A DNA stretch of 64,000 nucleotides, taken from the NCBI GenBank assembly GCA_030390025.1, contig CM059431.1, positions 123,010,001 to 123,074,000 of the forward strand, read 5' to 3'. Each line of letters begins with the position of its first letter. The stretch's first letter is position 1. This stretch comes from Squalus acanthias (Eukaryota). Positions 1-10,126 of the stretch are shown in pieces. The translations under genes were made by a program, and so were the position numbers. Under the pieces are notes generated by a model. The model had not been told where the DNA came from. It saw only the letters and a list, made by a program, of their open reading frames with translations, and did not search any database.

Positions 1-439
1 CATACTTTAAAGAAAGGTAAGTTTATTTTTAGCACCGTTAAAAAGTTTAATTAATTTTTTCAAAAATGTATATTTTTGTTTAAAGCAGTTAATTTATGTA
101 ATTTATAGTTATCTTAAAAATGTGATGGTTTTTAAAAAATTTATTTGAAGTTTTAATGTGGTTTTGGGGCCGATCTCTATTCATACATTTGACAGGTCTT
201 CCTGTCAAATCTATGAATGAAACTTCCCTGCTAGGATTGACTCTCCATGGCCCACGTGATCCCAGGGGACTCTTCGAACTAACTGCGCGCCTGGGATACG
301 CAAGCACTGCGCGCCGGCAGCTGCAGGAGGCCCAGGATCCGAATTCCTCGTGGGCCCGAAGCACAACGGCAGGCGCGGTAGGTAAGTGCGCGCGCGATGC
401 TTGCACCCGCAGGAAGCCGGAGAGTCGAATTTCTGGCAC
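1..439 (+). mobile_element. Non-autonomous Harbinger-type element family A (MITE-like), 3' part, truncated by window start
   Basis: Colinear with full copies at 23579 and 43582; ends in TIR-like CGAATTTCTGGCAC followed by AAT; central hairpin ATTCATA...TATGAAT. Confidence 0.85.
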
Positions 440-621
440 AATGTTTATGTGTATTGAACAATATTTATGCGTAAAACAAGTCAAGAATATGTTTTTTTTT
501 CCATTTGAAAATAATGCACAATCACCAAAGTAATTCTGAGTGCAGTGAGAAATCAGGATGGAAAACTTTATCTGACTAACACAGTCCGTGTTCGAACTTT
601 TCATAAATCTCTAGAACAGTG

Positions 622-3265
622 AAAAGAAAAAACTTGCACTTGCTAAGCACTATCACATCCTCAGGACATGCTAAAGCACTTTACAGCCAATGAATTACTT
701 TTGAAGTGTAGTCACTGTTGTTATGGTGGCTAACGCGGCAGCCAATTTACGCAAACAAGTGACAAGTTATCTGTATTTGATGCTATTGGTTGAGGGATAA
801 TAAGCCGCAAGTGCAAGGCATTCCTGATCTGGAAACAGCAACACAACTCGAGAGCAAGAAAGCAACTCTACAGACGCCTGAAGGCCGAGGTCCAACAAAA
901 ATCTCGCGACCTAAAGAACAGATGGTGGATGGAGAAAGCGCAGGAGATCCAGCAGCTAGCCGACAAACATGACGTGCGTGGATTCTTTAGCGCAGTCAAG
1001 ACCACCTATGGCCCAAGCACCCAAGGTCCTACCCCACTGCGGGCCAAGAATGGAGAGGTACTCATCAAGGATAGAGAGGCAGTCAGTGCCCGCTGGAAGG
1101 AGCACTTCAAAGATATCCTTAACCGAGACTCTGTCTTCGACGCGAGTGTCCTCAGCTTCATCCCGCAGCATGTTACCCGCCACCATCTCAGCACAACCCC
1201 TGCCCGGCATGAGGTTGAAAAGGCCATCTGACAACTGAAGAACAACAAGGCCTCAGGAGCAGATGGAATCTCTGCCGAGGCACTAAAGCATGGCGGAGAA
1301 GCACTATTGGCAAGAATACATGATCTCATTTCTCTTATCTGGAAGGAGGAGAGCATGCCAGGAGATCTCAGAGATGCCGTAATCGTGACCATCTTCAAGA
1401 AAGGTGACAAGTCCGATTGCGGTAATTACAGAGGAGTCCCCCTGCTGTCTGCCACAGGGAAAGTAATCGCAAGAATCCTCCTCCATCGCCTTCTCCCAGT
1501 GGTTAAAGAGCTCCTCCAAGAGTCGCAATGTGAATTCCGCCCACTAAGGGGCACAATGGACATGATCTTCACCGTGCATCAGATACAAGAGAAATGCAGG
1601 AAACAGCACCAACCGCTGTACATGGCCTTCTTTGACCTCACAAAGGCCTTTGACACTGTCAACCATGAGGGATTATGGAGTGTCCTCCTCAAATTCGGCT
1701 GCCCTCAAAAGTTTGTCACTATCCTCCGCCTGCTTCACGACGACATGCAAGCCGTGATCCTGACCAACGGATCCACCACAGACCCAATTAACGTATGGAC
1801 CAGGGTCAAGCAAGGCTGGGCCATCGCACCAACGCTCTTCTCGATCTTCCTTGCTGCAATGCTCCATCTCACCCTCAGTAAGCTCCCCGCTGGAGTGGAG
1901 CTAATCTACAGAACAAACGGGAAACTGTTCAATCTCCATCGCCTCCAGTCCAGATCCAAGGTCATGCCATCCTCTGTCATCAAATTACAGTATGCAGACG
2001 ACGCTTGCATCTGTGCACACTCGGAGGTCGAACTCTAAACCATCGTCAACACCTTCACCGAAGCGTACGAGAACATGGGCCTTACACTAAACATCCGTAA
2101 GACAAAGGTTCTCTACCAACCTGCCCCCACCACACAGTACTGCTCCCCCAATTATCAAAATCCACGACAAAGCCTTGGACAATGTGTACCACTTTCCATA
2201 CCTCGGGAGCCTACTGTCAACAAGGGCAGACGTCGATGACGAAGTCCAACACCGCCTTCAGTGTGCCAGTGCAGCCTTCGGTCGCCTGAGGAAGAGAGTG
2301 TTTGAAGACCAGGACCTCAAACCCGGCATAAGCTCATGGTCTACAGAGCAGTGACACCCGCCCTCCTGTATGCTTCAGAGACATGAACCATGTACAGCAG
2401 GCACAACAAAGCACTGGAGAGGTACCACCAATGCTGCCTCCGCAAGATCCTGCAAATCCATTGGCAGGATAGGCGCACCAACATCAGTGTTCTCGCTCAG
2501 GCCAACACCCCAGCGTCGAAGATCTGACTACGCTCGATCAGCTCCGATGGACGGGCCACATCGTCCGCATGCCTGATACGAGTCTCCCAAAACAAACGCT
2601 CTACTCGGAGCTCTGACACGGCAAGAAGCCCCAGGTAGGCAGAGGAAATGCTTCAAGGACACCTTCAAAGCCTCCTTGAAAAAATGCAACATCCCCACCG
2701 ACACCTGGGAATCCCTGGCCCAAGACCACACAAAGTGGAGGAGAAGCATCCGGGAAGGCTCCAAACACCTCGAGTCTCTTCGCCGGGAGCAAGCGGAAGC
2801 CAAGCGCAAACAGCGGAAAGAGCGCACGTCAACCCAAGCACCCTACACACCCGCCCCTTCAACCACCGTCTGCCCCACCTGTGGCAGAGACTGTAGGTCC
2901 CGCATTGGACTCATCAGTCACCTGAGAACTCATTTTTAGTGTGGAAGCAAGTCATCCTCGGTTCCGAGGGACTGCCTAAGAAGAAGAAGGTATTTAATGC
3001 TATTGGTTGAGGGATAAATGTTAGCCATGATACCAGGAGAACTCCCCTGCTTTTCTTCAAATTTTGCCGTGGGATCCTTTACGTCTACATGAACATGAGG
3101 CCTCGGATTAACGTCTTTTCTGAAAGGCACTCCTTCCACAATACAGCACTCCCTCAGTACTGCACTAAAGTACTAGCTCAGATTATATGGTCAAATCCTG
3201 GAGTGGGCCTTGAAGCAGCAATTTTCTGATTCATAAATGAGAATAATATCACTGAGCTATGGCTG
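622..3265 (-). mobile_element. Deu-domain tRNA-derived SINE (SacSINE1/AmnSINE1-like), split by the RTE insertion (pieces ~622-800 and ~2990-3265)
   Basis: Matches the intact copies at 26463 and 45267 (GCACTTTACAGCCAATGAA, GTTGAGGGATAAAT, CAGCACTCCCTCAGT). Confidence 0.8.
801..2989 (+). mobile_element. RTE-clade non-LTR retrotransposon, 5'-truncated, with frameshifts/stops
   Basis: RT motifs in ORF 1307..2038 (KKGDKSDCGNYRG, FFDLTKAFDTV, QYADD); C-terminal CPTCGRDCRSRIGLISHLRTH zinc finger (2676..2939); (AAG)n tail; 28-bp TSD at 773-800 and 2990-3017. Confidence 0.92.
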
Positions 3266-3570
3266 GCATTTGCTGTAAATTGGTACCCTCAATTAACTGC
3301 TCAAAAAATTATGATTAAGGATTATAACAAGAGTAATTAGTTGTGAAGGTTAAATATGATGGTACAGTCATAAATATGTCAAATAAATTTAACAATGTAT
3401 ACATATATCTATATCTATAACTTCCCTATTATATATCGAGCTAAATTTTGCCTACAACATAATAATGATGGCACTTCAAAAGTAATTCATTGTCTGTGAA
3501 GCACTTTGTGATGTTCTGAGAATGTGAAAGGTACTATATAAATACAAGGGGGGTAAAATTGGGACATGTA

Positions 3571-4431
3571 GGCCACGATTTTATGCTTCGAGGCAGCTTG
3601 GGAGCGGGTCAGCTGCCTTCTGGGTTCCAGTCCCGCCCCCCAACTACATCTGGCCCACAGACATGATTTTACGTCAATTGACCTTGTTAAGCCCGCCCTG
3701 TGGGCATGCCGGCCAATTAAGAGGAAGTCGGTGTCAGATGACGTCATTTGATGACGTGTCATCTGCCGGTTTTCTTAAAGGGATCACGCACAATTTTTTT
3801 TGTCAGTTGATTTTTCAGTGTTTGACAGCATTCAGCTGCTGCAAACACTGACAATCACTGTTCACAGGTGACCACCCAGACTCTCCAGTGACTCCCTCAT
3901 TAGGCTAGAACAGATGGCAGCTGCAGGTGAGGTTACAGAAGCGATCTGTCACTGGTGAGAGAGGTTCTCCCAATGAGGTGGGACTACACATGCAATTCAA
4001 AATTTGTTACCTACAGAAAAGTCTAAATGCATTAAAAATGAATTTCCCAACATTTTCTTACCTCTGAAACTCACCAGTGCACCATTGGATCCTTCACATC
4101 ACTTCTGCAGCTGTCATCAATGCATAAACATTACAGCAGACTCACAACATGCCACACTTACCTGGCGTTTTGTCCGGACGTCGGGAAGCCCGCAGTAGAA
4201 GTGTCAAAATTGGAAAAAGCCTGTTAACTGCCTGTTAACAAGCAGTTAAGAGGCTATAATCCTCTTCCCGCCACTATGTGTCGGGTCCACGCGCAAATCG
4301 GGGACCCGACACCTGGGAAGATTGATTGGAGGCAGGTTGACAGCGGGTTTCTGACCCACTGTCAATCTTTGCGATTTTGCTGGATGTCCTGCCTCCAAAC
4401 CCGCCCCCTGAGCGCCGGCAAAATTCCGGCC
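3571..4431. mobile_element. Non-autonomous Harbinger family B, short (~0.86 kb) form
   Basis: TIRs GGCCACGATTTT / AAAATTCCGGCC; internal GATGACGTCA..GATGACG motif; homologous in inverse orientation to 28601-30187 and to the ends of 16991-18784. Confidence 0.75.
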
Positions 4432-5185
4432 GAAGTGACCATTTTTCGGGTGCTACATGGCCACCCAAGGTCCCAAAATCATAGAATAGAATCATAGAAT
4501 GGTTACAGCACAGAAGGAGGCCAGTTGGCCCATCAAGCCTGTGCCGGCTCTCTGTAAGAGCACTTCAGCTACTCCCACTCTCCCGCCCTTTCCCCGTAGC
4601 CCTGCAAATTTTTTCCTTCAGGTTCTTATCCAATTCCCTTTTGAAAGCCACGATTGAGTCTGCCTCCACCACCCTCTCAGGCAGTGCATACCAGATCCTA
4701 ACCACTCGTTGCGAAAAAAAATTTTCCTCATGTCGCCTTTGGTTCTTTTGCCAATCACCTTAAATCTGTGTCCTCTGGTTCTTGACCCTTCCACCAATGG
4801 GAACAGTTTCTACTCTGTCTAGACCCCTCATAATTTTGAACACCTCTATCAAATCTCCTCTCAACCTTCTCTGCTCTAAGGAGAACAACCCCAGCTTCTC
4901 CAGTCTATCCACGTAACTGAAGTCCTTCATCCCTGGAACCATTCTCGTAAATCTTTTCTGCACCCTCTCTAAGGCCTATACATCCTTCCTAAAGTGCGGT
5001 GCCCAGAATTGGACACAATATTCCAATTGAGGCCGAACCAATGTTTTATAAAGATTCATCATAACTTCCTTGCTTTTGTACTCTATGCCTCTATTTATGA
5101 AGCGGAGATGCCGGTGTTGGACTGGGGTGGACAAAATTGAGAGGTCGCACAACACCAGGTTATAGTCCAACAGTTTTATTTTAAA

Positions 5186-5223
5186 TCACAAGCTTTCGGA
5201 GTTAAAACTCCTTCGTCGGGTGA
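5186..5223 (-). ncRNA. Minimal type I hammerhead ribozyme of PLE (U4C core variant)
   Basis: Minus strand TCAC-CCGACGA-A-GGAG TTTTAA CTCC-GAAA-GC-TT-GTGA: stem I TCAC/GTGA, stem II GGAG/CTCC, palindromic AGCT in place of stem III. Confidence 0.7.
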
Positions 5224-5983
5224 AGTGAGGAGATACAGAATCGTCAAAGCATATATAGATAGAGAACAAAGCATGTGTAACTTACAATTGCAGACAACTG
5301 AATTCAATCATCCTGACTGTTTATCTGCCGAGGTGTGATAAAGTTAATCAGGTCAGCCAGGAAGGTACCACAGCAAAGACATAGCAAGATACAACTGAGA
5401 CAATGAGGTGGAATCGCATGGGGTCGAACGTGTCAAAAGCTGCCGTCTGTATGTAAAACGATTAACTTTAACATTTTTACTTTTTTACTGGGAATCACAT
5501 CTGTGAACAAGCCAACGACGACTCGAGTCCGGATCACGTCATGTATCGTGACATAAACCCAAGATCCCGATTGAGACCGTCTTCATGAGTGCGGAACTTG
5601 GCTATCAGTTATCCGCACTCATGAAGACGGTCTCAATCGGGATCTTGGGTTTATGTCACGATACATGACGTGATCCGGACTCGAGTCGTCGTTGGCTTGT
5701 TCACAGATGTGATTCCCAGTAAAAAAGTAAAAATTTTAAAGTTAATCGTTTTACATACAGACGGCAGCTTTTGACACGTTCGACCCCATGCGATTCCACC
5801 TCATTGTCTCAGTTGTATCTTGCTATGTCTTTGATGTGGTACCTTCCTGGCTGACCTGATTAACTTTATCACACCTCGGCAGATAAACAGTCAGGATGAT
5901 TGAATTCAGTTGTCTGCAATTGTAAGTTACACATGCTTTGTTCTCTATCTATATATGCTTTGACGATTCTGTATCTCCTCACT

Positions 5984-6021
5984 TCACCCGACGAAGGAGT
6001 TTTAACTCCGAAAGCTTGTGA
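5984..6021 (+). ncRNA. Minimal type I hammerhead ribozyme of PLE (mirror copy, U4C core variant)
   Basis: TCACCCGACGAAGGAGTTTTAACTCCGAAAGCTTGTGA, same architecture as 5186-5223. Confidence 0.7.
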
Positions 6022-6418
6022 TTTAAAATAAAACTGTTGGACTATAACCTGGTGTTGTGCGACCTCTCTATTTATGAAGCCCAGGATCCCATATGCTTTT
6101 TGAACCGCTTTCTCAACCTGCCCTGCCAGCTTCAATGATTTGTGCACATATACCCCCAGGTCTCTCTGTTCATGCTACTCCTTTTAGAATTGTACCCTTT
6201 AGTTTATGTTGCCTCTCCTCGTTCTTCCTGCCAAAATGTATCATTTTGCATTTTTCTGCATTAAATTTCATCTGCCACGTGTCCGCCCATTTCACCAGCC
6301 TGTCTATGTCTCCTTGAAGTCTATCACTATCCTCCCCATTGTTCACTATACTTCCAAGTTTTGTGTCATTTGCAAATTTTGAAATTGTGCCCTGTACACC
6401 CAAGTCCAAGTCATCAAT

Positions 6419-7171
6419 GACCCAGAAATTCCGGTTGGAGGCTTCCCGCGGGCGCAAGCCCCCGATCTGCACTTAAGAAGCACGCCTACCGTTATGCTCT
6501 GGGCCCGTGCAGAATTCCATTCCTGTGCCTGCTCCAGCTGCCGGTGCGCAGTGCTCGCGTATCCCAGGGGCGAAGCTAGTTCGCAGCGTCCCTGGGATCA
6601 CGTGGGCCATGGGGAGCCAATCGGAGCAGGGAATCTCCATTCATAGATTTGACAGGCAAATCTATGAATAGAGATCAGCCCCAAAACCTAAGTAAAACTT
6701 CAAACAAATTTTTTTAAAAAATCACATTTTTAAAATAACTATAAATTACATAAATTAACTACTTTAAACAAAAATTTAAATTTTTGAAAAAGATTATTAA
6801 AGTTTTTAACGGGTATAAAAATAAACTTACCTTTCTTTAAAGTATTTTAAAATGATAAACCTGTGGAAAAAATGTTTTACTTTTACTTTCTTCACCTCTT
6901 ACCTTGTTAAAAGCAGGCCTTACGCCTGCTTTTTCCACACGCAGCTGCCAGGACTTACCCGCACTGCATCAACTGAGAAAAAAGCAGAAGTTCGCTGCGT
7001 ACGCGCTGCCTCTCCGGCGCACGCAGTTGACCTGTGAACCCCTTCCTTCAAAAGAACGGAAGTTCCGGTTTCCAGTGCATGCGCAGTGCATGCACGAAAC
7101 CGGCACTTCTCTTGGCCCTACGGGTGAGTACACAGCGCGTACTCACCCGTAGGGAACGGAATTTCAGGGCC
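6419..7171 (-). mobile_element. Family A non-autonomous Harbinger-type element, full length, nested in CR1
   Basis: TIRs GACCCAGAAATTCC / GGAATTTCAGGGCC; flanks AAT/ATT; reverse complement of 23579-24342. Confidence 0.9.
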
Positions 7172-7853
7172 ATTATATATCAAGAAAAGCAGTGGTCCTG
7201 GTACCAACCCCTGGGGAACACCACTGTATACCTTCCTCCAGTCCGAAAAACAACTGTTCACCATTACTCTCTGTTTCCTGTCACTTAGCCAATTTCGTAT
7301 CCATGCTGTCCCTCTTATTCCATGGGCTTCAACTTTGCTGGCAAGCCTATTATGTGGCACATTATCAAATGCCTTTTGGAAGTCCATGTACATCATGTCA
7401 ACCGCATTGTCCTCATCAACCCTTTCTGTTACCTCATCAAAAAACTCGATCAAGTTAGTTAAACACGATTTGCCTTTAACAGATCCGTGCTGGCTTTCCT
7501 TAATTAATCCAAACTTGTCCAAGTGACTGTTAACTTTGTCCCTGATTATCGTTTCAAAAAGTTTCCCCACTACCGAGGTTAATCAGACTGGCCTGTAGTT
7601 GCTGGGTTTATCCTTACACACTTTTTTGAACAAGGGTGTAACATTTGCAATTCTCAATTCCTCTGGCACCATCCCCGTATCTAAGGAGGATTGGAAGATT
7701 ATGGCCAGTACCTCCGTGATTTCCTCCTTAACTTCCCTCAGCATCCTAGGAAGCATCCCATCCGGTCCTGGTGATTTATTAACTTTAAGTACAGGCAGCC
7801 TTTCTAGTACCTCCTCTTTATCAATTTTTATCTCATCCAGTATCTCCACTACC

Positions 7854-9474
7854 TGTAGGGGGTGGTGGTTTGTGTCAGCTTCACCTCTGACTTCTGAGCA
7901 GTTTGAATCGCTCCCATTCCCTTGGTTCTAGACCTTGGACTTATTTGGGGGTTGTGACAAAAGGTGCAGCAGACAACTGAGTTTGATGAAAGAACTTCAA
8001 TCTTTATTAAAAAGATAAAACACAAATAATAACACTCTTAACACTCTAAAGGTGGGGAACACTTCGGTACAAGCGAGGGAAATGACAGTAGAACAATACT
8101 TCACCCCTTCCAACCCCACTTTACTAACTAAGTTAGGTTTTGAAGGACCAGGGATAATGCTCACCAATCCTTTGACAGTTGGGCTAAATCGCGGTTTTGG
8201 GGTTCGCTCTTTATGGCGGTTAGTGTCTGCCGTACCCCATACACGGTAGAGGACTTCACCTGCATATCTGGTCAGTCTTCGCGAGTCCGCTGATGCGGTA
8301 GGATGTCGTTTTGGATTTATCTGGTGAGTACCCAATTTCTTTGGTTTAGCAGTAGGGCTTAGAGTCTTTGGGAAAATCTTACCCAGGGGTAAGTCAGGAG
8401 TAGATTGTAGAGTGGAAACTTTGCGGTTCTTCGGGTTTTCTTCCCTTGAGTTGGTCTTTGTTGGTCGCGGTGGCCTGCTATTATCCGGTCAGTTGGGGGT
8501 AATATGCGGTTGTTGGCTTCTTGAGGCCTTTGGCTTCCGCGATGGTTTTAGGCCTTGTCTAGTGTGTCGGTCGACCTCGTGGAGCCGTCGGTGACTTGTT
8601 GCTGCTTGTTGCTCCGGGTGACTGTGTTGGGACCGTTGTTGGAGGTCCATCGAGGTGGTATCTTCACGAGCTGGACTCAGGTGTGTCTAAGTGGTGAGCG
8701 ATGCCGACTCGCTTCCAGCTTGGCTTGTATTCTTCCTTGCTTCTTCTTCTTCTGATGACCACCTGAGTGCTTAATGGGCCTTCAATTATACTGAATATCT
8801 ACCCGCCAAATCTGCTCAGTTCATTGTCTGGTTTTGGCGGGCTCGTTAATCGGTAACGACTTACTAGTGTGTTAACTGGTTGTGAACAGGCCTTCAATCT
8901 CACCCATTGAACATGGCCTTATCTACCCACCAAATCTGCTCAGTTCATTGTCTGATTTTGGCGGGCCTGTTACCAGTAACTGCTCTGTAAGTGACAAATG
9001 GCTTTTGTGATGGCTTGCACCCTGTCGATCTCCTTGGTTGATCACTGGTGATTGATTTTGTGTTTGGTTTTCTAGGCTGGACTCGGTCTTTCTATAGAAT
9101 GGGTCTGAGTGGGTTTTATTATGCATGTTTCTGATGGGCCCTGTAATCGGGTTTTGATGGGGCCTGTATTTTGGGTGGGACTGCTCTTTCCCTGGGTTTA
9201 TTGTTCAAATGTTAATGTCTGCTGGGACTTGAGTGGAGTCATCCCGGTTCCCCAGACAGTGTAATTAACTGCAATAGCCAAATTGTTTTTACAGAGGTCA
9301 ATTCCCACCTCCTTGTCCCTTTACAGGCCCAGACATGTTTTTTAAAATGCCAAAACTTGTTTTTTGGTCTTAAATTCCTTAGGTTAGGCCCAAATGCAGT
9401 TTTATCACTCTGAGGTAGTTCCAAAGTCCTTTTTCCTTAGGTTTTGGGGATCTGCAAATTTTGGAAACCTTACA
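7854..9474 (-). mobile_element. Solo LTR (1621 bp) of an LTR retroelement/ERV, nested in CR1
   Basis: TGTAGG...CCTTACA termini, perfect 4-bp TSD TACC (7850-7853, 9475-9478); minus-strand TATAA (~8786-8790) and AATAAA (8003-8008). Confidence 0.88.
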
Positions 9475-10126
9475 TACCTCCTCTTTCACCGACTTTGGCA
9501 GCATCTTCTTCCTTGGTGAAGACAGATGCAAAGTACTCATTTAGTACCTCAGCCCTGCCCTCTGCCTCCATGTGTAGGTCTCCTTTTTGGTCCCTCATCG
9601 GCCCCACCTCTCCTCTTACTACCCGTTTATTATTTATATGCCTATATGGCGTCCAAGATGCACGTGCACATTTATGACAGGAAGTGCACAGTGCGCCATC
9701 TTGGTGCAGGAGATCGCACTCACGAGATTAGCGCATGTCGGCAATATGTAGAGGAGAGAGTTCATCAGTTCAGTCAGTGCTGATTTGAGGCCCCCATTGC
9801 AATTTTGAAAGACCCCAGTCAATCATACGCCCTGTGCTCACATTGCTCAGTATAATGGTGGTAAACATCATTATGGCCTCCTCGCCAGTGGTACTTATAA
9901 GGTTCATGCAGGAATTGCGGGTAAATTGCTGGTTATTACTTTAAGCTGCTGCTTGAATTCTAGCCGATTTTTGCTGAGTTCTCCGGACTGTTGAAAGTTT
10001 AATTTGTTTACCCAGAGAGAGGTCTGGATGCTCTTGCACTCCTGGTTGCTGGGACTGTTGTCTGCATCACAAATTATTTGCCTGCAGACAAGGGTGGCCT
10101 GGTACGGCTGCCGCTGGAAATAGAGC

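Larger units (their letters stand above)
5102..6068. mobile_element. Penelope-like element (PLE) 3' fragment forming an inverted duplication (foldback)
   Basis: Arms 5139-5595 and 5612-6068 are reverse complements (2 mismatches seen); sequence homologous to the GIY-YIG C-terminus/3'UTR of the PLE at 22011; flanked by duplicated CTCTATTTATGAAGC (5089-5103, 6066-6080). Confidence 0.9.
4477..9645 (-). mobile_element. CR1 LINE, 5'-truncated, interrupted by three nested insertions (CR1 pieces ~4477-5101, 6066-6418, 7172-7853, 9475-9645)
   Basis: CR1 ORF2 fragments on minus strand (NKSPGPDGM, NYRPV, YMDFQKAFDNVPH, SGVPQG, SKFANDTKLG, LVRPQLEYCVQFWAPH, RRLRGDLIEVFKI); (ATCATAGA)n-type tail at 4477; host sequence rejoins across each insert. 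Confidence 0.92.

Noticed and set aside
89..604. Recurrent ORFs in family A copies (e.g. 89..604, 23617..23991, 39996..40481)
   Set aside because: Similar peptides recur only because the DNA is repeated; frames, starts and stops are not conserved between copies and no domain is recognisable.
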